Source: an uncultured delta proteobacterium (GTDB lineage: Bacteria; Myxococcota; Myxococcia; Myxococcales; Myxococcaceae). From it: a stretch of DNA of 42,501 bases. This document shows positions 30,519-40,528 of this stretch, piece by piece. Each line of letters opens with the position of its first letter. The stretch's first letter is position 1. The stretch is taken from the NCBI GenBank assembly GCA_963771175.1, contig CAVYSY010000029.1:1-42501 (forward strand), read 5' to 3'. Made by a program: the position numbers and the translations under genes. The notes beneath the pieces are model-generated. The model was not told where the DNA came from and did not search any database. It saw only the letters and a list, made by a program, of their open reading frames with translations.

Positions 30519-33269
30519 CTACTCCCGGGCGAGCTTCTCCCGGGGAACGCGGACGGAGGTGACCTCGCCGGCCTTGATGTCCACCTGGAACTTCAGTGAC
30601 TTGCCCTCGGGACCCACGAGCCGCAGCGTCTGCTTGCCCACGGGCACGGCCACCCGGAAGAGCGGCGTCTCGCCCAGCAGGAGGTTGCCCAGGTACACCT
30701 TGGCGGTGACCTCCGTGGTGAGCGTGAGGGCGCCCTTCCCCTCCGACGGCTCGGACGCTCCCGAGCGCTCGCGCTCCAATGCCTCCCACGCCCGTTCCGC
30801 CTCGTTGGAGTTCGTCACCAGCTCGGGCGAGGTCTCCATGTCCACGGGAGGGCGCTCGCGCTTGCGGCGGGTGCTCGTCGTCACCTTGCCGCCCCGCTTC
30901 ACCGGCTGCGTGGGCTCGACGCCGGCCTCGGGCTCTCTGTCCTCCTGGCCGGCGGGCGTGTCCGTCTCATCCGGAGCCGCGTCCGCGGAGGCCGCCTCGT
31001 TCTTCACCTCGGGCGAGGCCGTGCCCTCGGCGACCGCGGCCGGGGTGGGCGAGGGCTCGCCGGTGGCGACAGCGTCCGCGGAGGCACCCGCGTCCGGACT
31101 GCTCGCGGCAGCGGCCCCCGGCTCCCGAGGGTCGGCAGTGGGGGTCTCGTCGCTGGCGGGTGGAGGCTGGGGCTGCGTGGCGTCGACCGCCTTCACGACG
31201 GGAGTCGAGGCCTCCGGAGGGGGTGGGAACAGCCGCGAGGACACGAGGCCCCCATCCAGCCTCAGGGCCACCGCGGTGGCGCCACCGCCCAGCAGGAGCA
31301 GGAGCAGCAGCACGGCCACCCAGGTGCCTCGTCCCGACCGGGAAGGCGCGGGTGCTCGGGTCTCGGAGCGGGTGGAGTCCTCCACGGCTCGTGGCTCCCC
31401 CCTCTGGGAGAGCGTGGCCGCGGCGATGACGGGGGAGGTGGGGAACTCCGAGGTGTCGTCGTCCTCGAACTCCGTTCCGCGGCGCCGGGCGGACGTGGGC
31501 GGCGCGACGGCGGTGAGGAACTCCGGCCGCGCTTGGATGGGGCGGGTGTAGTCCTCGGACTCGTCCACGTCCGGAGGCTCCACCCGGGAGGGCCGCGCTT
31601 GGATGGGGCGGGTGTAGTCCTCGGACTCGTCCACGTCCGGAGGCGCCACCTCGCGCGGCCGGGCCAGCGGCGAGCGGAGGGCGGGCACGGTGGGGCCATC
31701 CGGAAACTCGTGCTGTTTGGGCACCGGAGCGGGAATCCCGAGCCCGCCGACGGGCTGGGTGACGGCGTCCAGGTGCGGCAACGCGGTCTCGATCGTCGGC
31801 CGGCGACCCGGGCGCACGGGGTTGCTCCGAGGTCCGCCCCCGCTCGCGGCGATGGGCTGCTCCCCGGTGGTGCGCGGTACCCGCATGACGGAGGTCTGGA
31901 TCTCCGCCTGGGGTGGCGGCTGCTCGGGCACGTCGGTGCGGGGCAGGCTGCGCGGGCGCGCGGGGACGGTGCGCTCCCAGGGCGGCGGCAGCGCGGGCCG
32001 GTGGAGATCCTCGGTCTCGGGTGGAGGCGGGGGCGTGACAGGCGCCGGAGGTCGGGTGGCGACCGGGGGGGCGACGAGCTCCGTCCGATCGGAGTTGACC
32101 GAGGGCGTCGAGAATTGGGGCGCGGAGATGCTGGGCAGGCGCCCCGCGGCGGTGGAGGTCCTCGGGGGAGTGGGCGCGGTGACGCCCGGCGAGGCGGCCG
32201 GCACGGGCGGAGGCGTGGTGATGGCCTCCTTGTCCGAGAAGAGCTGCGCGAGCTTCACCTCTCCCGTGCCGTCGCCGGCGGCCCGGCCGCTGGCGAGGAG
32301 CTGGCGCGTCTGCTCCCGCCGCTCGGCGAAGAGGCGCCGCAGCAGCTCGCCACTCTTCTCCGGCAGCCAGATGAGCGGGCCCACGGCGCGCTCCAGCTCG
32401 CGGGCGAACTCCAGCGTGGTGGCGTAACGGTCCTCGCGCCGGCGCGCCAGCGCCTTGAGCACGATGGCGTCCAGCCCGGGGGGAATGGCCTTGTTGACGC
32501 GCGAGGGCTCGGGGATGGGGGCGCGCAGCACGGCCTGCGCCACCGCCATGGGCGCCTTGCCCGGGAAGAGCCGCATGCCGGTGAGGCACTCGTGCAGCAC
32601 CACGCCCAGGCTGAACAAGTCACTGCGCGCGTCCAGCGGCTCGCCGCGAATCTGCTCCGGCGACATGTACCCGCTGGTGCCCTTCACCATGCCCACCTGG
32701 GTGCGGCTGGCGCCCGCCAGGTTCTTGGCGATGCCGAAGTCCAGCAGCTTGGTGACGCCCTCGTACGTCACCATGATGTTCTTCTCGGCCACGTCCCGGT
32801 GGATGACGGGCGAGGGATCTCCAAGCGGATCCGTGTAGGTGTGCGCGTAGTGCAGTGCCAGCGCGGTGTCGCGCACGGCCGCCAGCCCGAAGCCCACGGG
32901 CATGGACTCCTGGGCGGAGCGGCACGCCCGGGCCACCTCGATCAACGTGGCCCCCGGCACGAACTCCATGGCGAGGAAGAGCTCTCCCTGGGCCACGTCC
33001 AGATCGAACACCTGGGCGATGTGCGGGTGGTTGAAGGCCGCCGTCACCTTGGCCTCGTCCAGGAACATCTGGACGAACTCCTCCTGGCCCTGGATGTCCG
33101 GGAGGATCTTCTTGAGCACCACGGGTTTGTGGAAGCCGGCCAGGCCCCTCTTGGAGGCGAGGAAAATCTCCGCCATGCCGCCCGTGGACAGGCGACAGAG
33201 CACCTCGTAGTTGCCCATCTGCCGACCGCGGACGTCATCCGGGCCAGAGGGTGTCGTCGACCCAGCCAT
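30519..33269 (-). CDS. Hanks-type protein kinase (RDVAEKN loop), long Pro-rich linker, TM and PEGA-like C-terminus (916 aa)
   Basis: LSTGGMAEI, VVLKKI, HRDVAEKN, DFG, GTSGYMSPEQ; TM WVAVLLLLLLLGGG; KVYLGNLLLGETPL. Confidence 0.93.
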   Translation of the reverse strand: MAGSTTPSGPDDVRGRQMGNYEVLCRLSTGGMAEIFLASKRGLAGFHKPVVLKKILPDIQGQEEFVQMFLDEAKVTAAFNHPHIAQVFDLDVAQGELFLAMEFVPGATLIEVARACRSAQESMPVGFGLAAVRDTALALHYAHTYTDPLGDPSPVIHRDVAEKNIMVTYEGVTKLLDFGIAKNLAGASRTQVGMVKGTSGYMSPEQIRGEPLDARSDLFSLGVVLHECLTGMRLFPGKAPMAVAQAVLRAPIPEPSRVNKAIPPGLDAIVLKALARRREDRYATTLEFARELERAVGPLIWLPEKSGELLRRLFAERREQTRQLLASGRAAGDGTGEVKLAQLFSDKEAITTPPPVPAASPGVTAPTPPRTSTAAGRLPSISAPQFSTPSVNSDRTELVAPPVATRPPAPVTPPPPPETEDLHRPALPPPWERTVPARPRSLPRTDVPEQPPPQAEIQTSVMRVPRTTGEQPIAASGGGPRSNPVRPGRRPTIETALPHLDAVTQPVGGLGIPAPVPKQHEFPDGPTVPALRSPLARPREVAPPDVDESEDYTRPIQARPSRVEPPDVDESEDYTRPIQARPEFLTAVAPPTSARRRGTEFEDDDTSEFPTSPVIAAATLSQRGEPRAVEDSTRSETRAPAPSRSGRGTWVAVLLLLLLLGGGATAVALRLDGGLVSSRLFPPPPEASTPVVKAVDATQPQPPPASDETPTADPREPGAAAASSPDAGASADAVATGEPSPTPAAVAEGTASPEVKNEAASADAAPDETDTPAGQEDREPEAGVEPTQPVKRGGKVTTSTRRKRERPPVDMETSPELVTNSNEAERAWEALERERSGASEPSEGKGALTLTTEVTAKVYLGNLLLGETPLFRVAVPVGKQTLRLVGPEGKSLKFQVDIKAGEVTSVRVPREKLARE
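31525..31644. repeat. In-frame tandem repeat (66-bp period, 54 bp identical) encoding PPDVDESEDYTRPIQARP twice
   Basis: ggccgcgcttggatggggcgggtgtagtcctcggactcgtccacgtccggaggc at 31525-31578 and 31591-31644. Confidence 0.95.
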
Positions 33270-33729
33270 TCGAGAAATACAAGCTTATAGGAACCCAGAC
33301 CCGAGGGCGAAAGCCGAGCCGTGATTTTCGCGTGGGGGTGCAACGGGAGCGGATTCCAGTCACACGCCCCGTGCCCGTTTTGCCCCCGGTAAACCCCCAC
33401 CAAGACAGCCGGTGTGGGTGCCTGGGCTCACTTTCTTGGGTTTTACAAGAAGAATCCAGAGGGCCTGAAGTTCCCGTTCCCTGCCCACGGGCCCCCGTTC
33501 CAGCAACCCGCATCTTCTGGACGGTAGGTCCGTTCACCAGGCGGCACCGCGCTGGGAGTCGATGGGTCCGCAACGCTTTAGAGAGCCCACTCCCCGGACA
33601 GCGCTGCAAGCCCCGAGGGGGGTGTCCACATTGGCGGAACCGAAATTCCACCGGGTGGCCGGTCGGAGCGGTGGAGAGGAAATTTCCACTGGTCCCATAA
33701 ACCGGTGCTCCACGACAGACGGAGTTCCC

Positions 33730-35794
33730 ATGGCGACGGAGAAGGCGGACCGTATGCGAGCCCGAGAGAGCGTCCTGGGATACCGGATGGGACCCGGGCA
33801 GTCGGCGGTGGCATCGGTGGAGGGCGAGTCGCAGCCGGCGGGGAGGCTGGTGCAACTGTCGCCGGAGCACCTGACGCTGCACCTGTTCATGCCCACGGCG
33901 CTGCGCCCGGGACAGACGGCCAACGTGGTGGTGGGCACGGGGGAGCAGACGACGTCGCTGCGGGCCGAGGTGACGAACGTGCTGCTGCAGGGGCCGGGGG
34001 AGCTGCCGGAGCTGAGCCTGCGCTTCGTGGCGCCGCCGCTGGACAAGGGCCGGTGCATCGTCTCGATGCTGGAGCGGCTGAAGGACGAGGGGCAGCTCGA
34101 GACGCCGCGCGGGAGGCCCATCTGGAAGGAGCGGATTACGCGGGCGGATCGGATCGGCCGCATCTTCGAGGCGCTGACGGCGAGGCGGTGCCGGGGCCGG
34201 GTGCGCGCGAGCACGGGGGATGTGGACCTGGTGGCGGCGCTCTATGACCGGTTCGACGGGAAGGTGGCGTGGGAGGTGCGCGGGGTGCCGCCCCCGGCGC
34301 CCTTCACGGTGGAGCTGTTCGGCTACAGCTCGGTGCTGCACTTCGAGGTGGAGCACGCGACGTACGAGGACGGGCTGTGGGTGGTGCCGCTACCGCGCGA
34401 GGTGGTGCGCTACCGCCACCGCTTCCTGAGGAGGGCTTCGGCGTGGGGTGGGTGCACGGTGCGCTTCTCCCATCCGCTGTGGCCGCAGGTGCGGGTGTGG
34501 CGGGAGCTGGCGGACATCTCCTACGAGGGACTGTCCTTCTGCACGGAGCCGGGGGAGGACCTGCTGTACCCGGGGCTGCGGCTGCCGGAGGTGGAGGTGG
34601 ATCTGCCGGGGAAGGAGCCGGTGAGGCTGAGGGCCGAGGTGCGCAACATCACCGGGCTGGCGGGGGGCCGGCGCTGCGGCATGTCGGTGGTGCCGCTGAG
34701 CGAGGAGGAGGGAGCGCGCTGGCGGCTGACGGTGGAGGAGCAGAGCCACCCGAACACGCGGGTGACGGGGGACTGGAACCAGGGAACGTGGGAGCTCTTC
34801 GAGCGCTCGGGGTACTTCCGGCTGTCGGGGAAGACGCCGGCGGACTTCGCGCGGATGCAGGCCGAGTACCGTGACGCGCACGAGCTGCTGGAGAGGCACG
34901 CGCGGCTGGGCTACCGGGTGGTGCGGCCGATGCCGTCGGGCCAGGCGGTGGAGGCGAGCCTGTCGTGGCTCAAGCCGTACACGGGGAGCTGGCTGGCGCA
35001 CCAGCTCGCGCGCCAGGCGCCGCCCAACGAGAAGCTGCGCAGCACGGCGCGAGAGGCGCTGCGGGACGTCTACCTGCGGGGCTTCGAGCCGGCGCAGATG
35101 GACTCGGAGGTGAAGTGGTTCCTGGCGTACTGCGAGGCGAACGTGCGCTGGGTGCGCTTCACGGCGTTCGACTTCGCCGAGTGGTACCAGCACACGGGGC
35201 AGGCGTGCATGGTGCCCTTCCGCTTCATGGAGGCGGATGCGCGGCGGGAGTGGAAGGTGCCGGAGGGCTTCACGCTGGGGGAGCCGACGGAGGAGGAGAA
35301 GGCGGCGCTCTTCGCGCGGCTGGAGGAGACGCGGCCGCGGGCGTACCGGGAGGCGTTGGATCTGGTGCCGGAGCGGTTCGACCTGGCGGAGCTGAAGCGC
35401 AAGTGGAGCGAGGCGGGGCTGAAGCGGGAGCGGGAGGTGAGGGTGGCGCGCAAGGACGGGCGAGCGCTAGCGGTGGGGGTGCTGGAGACGGCGCACGTGG
35501 GGTTGAACCTGTTCAACGTGCTGGACGGGGTGCGGCATCGTGCCGCTGGTGGACGCGGCGCTGCCGGAGGCGCAGGAGGCGATGCTGGCGCTGCTGGCGG
35601 GAGCGGCGGAGTGGTACCGGGCCCGGGGACTGAACGTGTTCGTGCACTACGTGGAGACGGAGCACGTGGAGTACACGGAGCGCGCGAAGCTGGTGGACCT
35701 GGGAGAGGGCCGCATCTGGATATTGTCGGCGCAGCTCCTGCCGGACTTCATCGAGCACCTGTGCGAGGCGACAACGCCCCGCGGAGAGCCCTGA
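33730..35794 (+). CDS. PilZ-domain protein (~687 aa) with uncharacterised, possibly GNAT-like C-terminal half; +1 frameshift near 35536 as sequenced
   Basis: RFLRR (RxxxR) and DISYEG (DxSxxG) followed by LRAEVRN...RCGM; a degenerate PilZ-like barrel at the N-terminus; ORF 35540..35794 supplies the C-terminus; GGAG RBS before ATG 33730. Confidence 0.8.
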
Positions 35795-35845
35795 GAGGAG
35801 AGGCCGGAGGCGCCCGCGTCGGCGCCTCCGTGACTCCCGGATGAC

Positions 35846-36398
35846 TCAGGCCGCCTTTTCGGTGGTCTGCGCCTTGACCGCCTGGATCTCCAGGGCGATT
35901 CCGATCTTCTCGCCGACGAGGACGCCACCGGCCTCGAGCGCCTGGTTCCACGTCAGGCCGAACTCCCGGCGGTCGATTGAGGTCTTCGCCTCGAAGGCGG
36001 CCTTGGTGTTGCCCCAGGGGTCCTTCCCGATTCCGAGCTGCTCGGCCTCGAGCACGATCTCGCGGGTGACGTCACGGATGGTCAGGTTCCCGGTCACCCG
36101 GAGGCCGTTGCCCGAGGTCTTTCTCCACCTTCGTGCTCTGGAAGGAGATGGCGGGGAACTTCGCCGCGTCGAAGAAGTCCGGCGAGCGCAGGTGGTCGTC
36201 GCGCTGCTGGACACCCGTGTCGATGCTCGCCGTCTCGATGCTGGCGGAGACCGACGAGGCGGTGGGCTCCTGCTCGTCCAGCGACACCGCCCCGGTGAAC
36301 TTCCGGAAGCTGCCGCGCACCTTCGAGATGACCATGTGGCGGACGGTGAAGTGCACGCCGGAGTGGGTCAGGTCGATGTTCCAGGTTGCGTTTGCCAT
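35846..36398 (-). CDS. YceI family polyisoprenoid-binding protein; +1 frameshift near 36120 as sequenced
   Basis: WNIDLTHSGVHFTVRHMVISKVRGSF, RDDHLRSPDFFD, GNLTIRDVT, DPWG, IDRREFGLTWN. Confidence 0.92.
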
Positions 36399-36488
36399 GT
36401 GTGTTTTCCTTGTCGTTCGTGTGTGACTGATGGGCTCAATGTAGCGGCCGAGGGTGGCCCTGATTAGATGGGGCGGACTGGAAGGACT

Positions 36489-36504
36489 GTTCCACCCATG
36501 GAAC
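36489..36504. promoter_or_regulatory. Probable LysR recognition site (GTTCCA-CCCA-TGGAAC inverted repeat)
   Basis: Dyad between the divergent yceI and lysR genes; its 13-bp core recurs inverted at 37425-37437 upstream of pirin. Confidence 0.65.
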
Positions 36505-36525
36505 GACTCCCGGGCCGGGAACCTC

Positions 36526-37404
36526 ATGGACCTCAACGAACTCCTCGTCTTCGCCAAGGTGGTCCAGGCCGGCAGCTTCACCGCGGCGGCTCGCGGGCTC
36601 CGAATGCCCAAGTCCACCGTCAGCCGGAAGGTCTCCGAGCTCGAGGAGCGTATCGGCGCGCAGCTCCTGCAGCGCACGACGCGCAAGCTGCGCCTCACGG
36701 AAGTGGGGCGGGCCTACTACGAGCACTGTGCTCGCATCGTGGCCGAGGCGGAGGAGGCCGAGCTGGCTGTCACGCGCATGCAGGCCGCGCCTCATGGGCT
36801 GCTCCGCGTGACGACACCGCTCACCTTCAGCTTCCTCGGGCCGCTCGTCGCGGAGTTCCTGAAGCGCTACCCCGAGGTGCAACTCGAGCTGTTGTGCACG
36901 GATCGGACGGTCGACCTGGTGGAGGAGGGATTCGACCTCGCCGTGCGAGCTGGACGACTGGCCGACTCGTCGCTCATCGCCCGCAAGCTCGGGAGCATCG
37001 AGCGCTTCGTCGTGGCGGCCCCGAGCTACCTCCAGGCGCGAGGGGTGCCCAGGTCACCCAGGGACCTCGAGAAGCACGACTGCCTCCTCTTCGGCGCGGG
37101 GAACGTCTGGACCCTGCACTCCGGGAGCAGGTCGGTCGAGGTCTCCATCCGACCGCGTCTCGTCGTGAACGAGCCCGACATGTTGCGCGCGGTGACGCTG
37201 GCGGGCTCCGGGGTCGCGCTCCTCCCCAACATCCACTCCGCCGCGGATCTCGCGGCCGGCCGCCTGCTTCGCCTCCTGCCGGACTGGAGCTCGGCTGGCG
37301 CTCCGGTGCACGCGGTCTACCCGGGCACCCGGCACCACTCCCCCAAGGTGATGGCCTTCGTGGACTTCCTGCGTGAGCACTGGCCAGCCCCTTCCGTGGA
37401 GTGA
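36526..37404 (+). CDS. LysR family transcriptional regulator (CrgA/DmlR-like)
   Basis: [25 protein letters not shown]...[12 protein letters not shown]...[25 protein letters not shown]. Confidence 0.95.
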   Translation: MDLNELLVFAKVVQAGSFTAAARGLRMPKSTVSRKVSELEERIGAQLLQRTTRKLRLTEVGRAYYEHCARIVAEAEEAELAVTRMQAAPHGLLRVTTPLTFSFLGPLVAEFLKRYPEVQLELLCTDRTVDLVEEGFDLAVRAGRLADSSLIARKLGSIERFVVAAPSYLQARGVPRSPRDLEKHDCLLFGAGNVWTLHSGSRSVEVSIRPRLVVNEPDMLRAVTLAGSGVALLPNIHSAADLAAGRLLRLLPDWSSAGAPVHAVYPGTRHHSPKVMAFVDFLREHWPAPSVE

Positions 37405-37424
37405 GGGCGTTCGTCTCCTCCATC

Positions 37425-37437
37425 CCATGGGTGGAAC
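37425..37437. promoter_or_regulatory. Second copy of the putative LysR box (CCATGGGTGGAAC) upstream of the pirin gene
   Basis: Exact reverse complement of 36489-36501; 81 nt upstream of the pirin ATG. Confidence 0.6.
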
Positions 37438-37517
37438 GATGTGTCCCGTCGTTGGCTATGGCGCGCACCGGGTCACCTCCACATGATGGGTGTCACCTGA
37501 GGAGCAAGGAGCAACCC

Positions 37518-38444
37518 ATGAGCTGGGCCGAGACGAGCGAGACGAAGCAGCACCCCGCGCTGGAAACCCTCATCGTGAGCCGCACCCGGGATCTCGGCGA
37601 TGGGTTCGAGGTGCGGCGGGTGCTGCCCTCGGCCCGGCGTCGCATGGTCGGGCCCTTCATCTTCCTCGACCAGATGGGGCCCGCGGTGTTCCGCTCGGGC
37701 GAGGGGCTCGACGTGCGGCCTCATCCGCACATTGGTCTGGCCACCGTCACCTATCTCCTCGACGGGGAGATCCTCCACCGGGACAGCCTCGGCACGGTGG
37801 AGCCCATCCGGCCCGGAGAGGTGAACTGGATGACCGCGGGGCGGGGCATCGTCCACTCCGAGCGCACGGGTCCCGAGGCGCGAGCAGCGGGTGGGCGGCT
37901 CTTCGGTATCCAGGCCTGGGTGGCGCTCCCGAAGCAGTACGAGGAGACGGCTCCCGCTTTCGTCCACCATGCCGCCGACGCGCTGCCCTTCCTCGAAGGC
38001 GAGGGCGTGCGGATGCACCTCATCGCGGGAGCGCTCTACGGGAAGCGTTCACCCGTGCGAACGTTCTCGGAGATGTTCTACGCGGACGCGGCGCTGGAGG
38101 AGGGCGCGGGCCTCGTGCTTCCGGCTGACCACGAGGAGCGCGCGCTCTACCTCGCCGAAGGCACCGTGGAACTGGACGGCATCGAGTTCGGCCCGGGCGA
38201 GCTGCTCGTCTTCCGTCCGGGAAGTGAGATTGCCCTCCAGGCCACTGCTCCGGCGCGGATGATGCTCCTGGGCGGCGAGCCAATGGACGGGCCGCGCTAC
38301 ATCTTCTGGAACTTCGTCTCGAGCTCGAAGGAGCGGCTGGAGCAGGCCAAGGCGGACTGGAAGGCCGGCCGCTTCGCCCCGGTCCCGCGGGAGACGGAGT
38401 TCATCCCGCTGCCCGAGGAGCCCGCCCCCGTGCGCTCTCCGTAG
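37518..38444 (+). CDS. Pirin family protein
   Basis: [61 protein letters not shown]. Confidence 0.95.
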   Translation: MSWAETSETKQHPALETLIVSRTRDLGDGFEVRRVLPSARRRMVGPFIFLDQMGPAVFRSGEGLDVRPHPHIGLATVTYLLDGEILHRDSLGTVEPIRPGEVNWMTAGRGIVHSERTGPEARAAGGRLFGIQAWVALPKQYEETAPAFVHHAADALPFLEGEGVRMHLIAGALYGKRSPVRTFSEMFYADAALEEGAGLVLPADHEERALYLAEGTVELDGIEFGPGELLVFRPGSEIALQATAPARMMLLGGEPMDGPRYIFWNFVSSSKERLEQAKADWKAGRFAPVPRETEFIPLPEEPAPVRSP

Positions 38445-38471
38445 GCCGGCGCTTGGAGAGTGAACCGCCCC

Positions 38472-38873
38472 CTACCAGGCCCCCACGGCTACCTGCTGAG
38501 GGGTCTCCAGCTCCATGTGTCCAGTGGAGTCATCGAGCGCCTGGGCCACCGCCTCCTCGAAATCCTCCAGCGGGCAGATCTTGGAGAGGACGGTGTGGAC
38601 ACCGGGGAGCCGGGGAGCCCGCCGGGTGCTGTGCAGGATGATGGGGATGTGGTGGAGCTGGGGGTCTCGGAGGAGACGCTTACAGAGCTCGACTCCATCC
38701 AGGCGAGGCATCATCCAGTCCGTCACGATCAGGTCCGGCTGCTGCTGGTGGGCCAGCTCCAGCGCCTCGAGGCCATCGTGCGCCTGGAATACTTCATAAC
38801 CCATGACCTCCAGCACATCGGTGTAGAGCTCGCGCAGCTCGGACTCGTCATCGACCAGAAGTATCTTGCTCAC
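38472..38873 (-). CDS. Single-domain response regulator (REC)
   Basis: KILLVDDE, PDLIVTDWMMPRLDG, IPIILHS, terminal K; GTG start at 38873 after GAGGA. Confidence 0.9.
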   Translation of the reverse strand: MSKILLVDDESELRELYTDVLEVMGYEVFQAHDGLEALELAHQQQPDLIVTDWMMPRLDGVELCKRLLRDPQLHHIPIILHSTRRAPRLPGVHTVLSKICPLEDFEEAVAQALDDSTGHMELETPQQVAVGAW

Positions 38874-39157
38874 GGTGGCATCCTCACTTTCCGGAGCGCC
38901 TGACCTGACTGATGGTTTCGCGCCCCTCATAAGTAGGGAGTCCCCTTCACCCCGGGTGTGATGGGTCGTATCTCGCGTTTCCAGGTGCTCGGGCCGGGTC
39001 ACCTCAAGGCGCCAGCAAAGAGGGTCCAGGAGGGTAGGGGCTCGAAGGCTCGCTCCGTCGAGCCATGCCTCCCGCCACCTGAAGTAGCCTCGCGGGTACA
39101 CCCCTCGAGCAGGGCCCGGCCGCGCCCCGTCCGGACTCCGGCGCCTGGAGCCACGCC

Positions 39158-39667
39158 GTGTCCTTGTCCACCCTCTGCCAGCGCTGCGGCCTGTGCTGTG
39201 ACGGCAGCCTCTTCAGCCATGTGCCGCTCCAGCTCGAGGAGGTCGCTCCCGCTCGGCGCAACGAGCTGGACGTGGTGGAGCTCGTGGGCGGCTCGCCCGC
39301 GCTCCGCCTGGGCTGCTCGGCCTTGAAGGACCGCCGGTGCACGCTCTACGCCGAGCGTCCCCTGGGCTGCCACGCCTACAGTTGCCGTCTGTTCAATGAG
39401 GTGGCGGGAGGCAGGCTCTCCCTCGATGAGGGGCTCGCGGTGGTGGACCGGGCGCATGCCCTGCTGTCTGCCTTGGAGGCGAACCTCCCGGCCGACACGG
39501 ATGCACATCCGTCCCCAGTGCTGGAGCGCGCGCGCTTCGCGGACCTGTCCGAGAGCGGCGGGCCCTCCCCGGAGACCCGCGCGCTGAGGGAGCGCACCGA
39601 GGCCTTCCTGGACGAGCACTTCCACGGCGGGGCGAGGCGCTTCCCCGGGGTCTCCGGAGAACCTTGA
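39158..39667 (+). CDS. YkgJ family (CxxCxxCC) cysteine-cluster protein
   Basis: CQRCGLCCDG...CSAL...CTLYAERPLGCHAYSC. Confidence 0.88.
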   Translation: MSLSTLCQRCGLCCDGSLFSHVPLQLEEVAPARRNELDVVELVGGSPALRLGCSALKDRRCTLYAERPLGCHAYSCRLFNEVAGGRLSLDEGLAVVDRAHALLSALEANLPADTDAHPSPVLERARFADLSESGGPSPETRALRERTEAFLDEHFHGGARRFPGVSGEP

Positions 39668-39679
39668 CCGGGCTTGTCG

Positions 39680-40528
39680 TCAGGGTTCATCTGAACCCAG
39701 GCTGAACTCATCCAGCGCGAGCCGGGTCATGCCGAGATAGCTGGCAACGTCGATGGAACCCAAGTCACGGAAGTTCGTAGCGTCGATGCGGACCTTCCCA
39801 TTCCCGGTCAGCACCTGTTCCATCCAGCCAAGCACTTCCAACTCATCCGCGGGTTTCAGTGGCGCATCCTTCGGGAGGATGAAGAGCAGCGACACCCTGA
39901 AGGGCGCCATGGCATCCGGCGTGTGGAAGCGGATTTCGCTGACCTGGTCGAGAAGAGGCGACACCGGGTCGTTATCGGGGAGTTGCCGTATCGCCACCAC
40001 CAGGGGCTTCTGGATGGCATCGACGATCGGATCGGGAACGGCGGGCCGGTCATAGCGGCGAGCCAGCCAGCTCTTGAAACGGCCGAGCGTGGAGGCGTCC
40101 AGACGAGGCAGCCCCGCGCTGGGTACCAGTTCCAGCAGCGAATCTTTCTCGACATGGACCCGGACCAGCGCGTCCGCGATGAGGCCCTCCTGTTTCCCAT
40201 CCGGAAGCTGATGGCTCCGAAGGAGGAACTTCCGGACGGAGTTCAGCCGGGCCTCGCGAATGGCACCCTTGTCCTTCGTCCACGAGGCACGCAGCAACTC
40301 GACCCGAGACTCCGCTTTCGCGGCGATGTCGCAGTCCTGAGAGGCCACCACCCACCATTCGTCCGGGTGCCCGTCCTGGGAAGCGACGCTCCAGGCCTTC
40401 TGGGCTTCAGCTCCACCCGCGTCGCGGCGGAGCCACGCGTACCGGGTGCCTTGCGCCATCAGGAATGTGCCCTGTCGCCAGCCCTGATCGAGCAGGCGCC
40501 GTCCCAGCGGAGGTGCCTCCGTGGTCAT
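39680..40528 (-). CDS. Hypothetical protein (WRQG / SQDCD / RRYxRPAxPD family), candidate toxin/effector
   Basis: Intact 282-aa ORF with ATGA overlap to the upstream gene; motifs GWRQGT, VVASQDCDI, WLARRYDRPAVPD. Confidence 0.75.
   Translation of the reverse strand: MTTEAPPLGRRLLDQGWRQGTFLMAQGTRYAWLRRDAGGAEAQKAWSVASQDGHPDEWWVVASQDCDIAAKAESRVELLRASWTKDKGAIREARLNSVRKFLLRSHQLPDGKQEGLIADALVRVHVEKDSLLELVPSAGLPRLDASTLGRFKSWLARRYDRPAVPDPIVDAIQKPLVVAIRQLPDNDPVSPLLDQVSEIRFHTPDAMAPFRVSLLFILPKDAPLKPADELEVLGWMEQVLTGNGKVRIDATNFRDLGSIDVASYLGMTRLALDEFSLGSDEP

Noticed and set aside
33270..33729. c-di-GMP riboswitch or sRNA upstream of the PilZ gene (GGCGAAAGCC tetraloop near 33306)
   Set aside because: Only an isolated GNRA hairpin; the two-stem GEMM architecture could not be built by eye. 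An Rfam scan would settle it.
36488..36505. parS site (TGTTCCAC...TGGAAC resemblance)
   Set aside because: The spacer is 2 nt too long for the 16-bp parS palindrome, and its position and second copy fit a LysR box better. No convincing parS was seen in the window.
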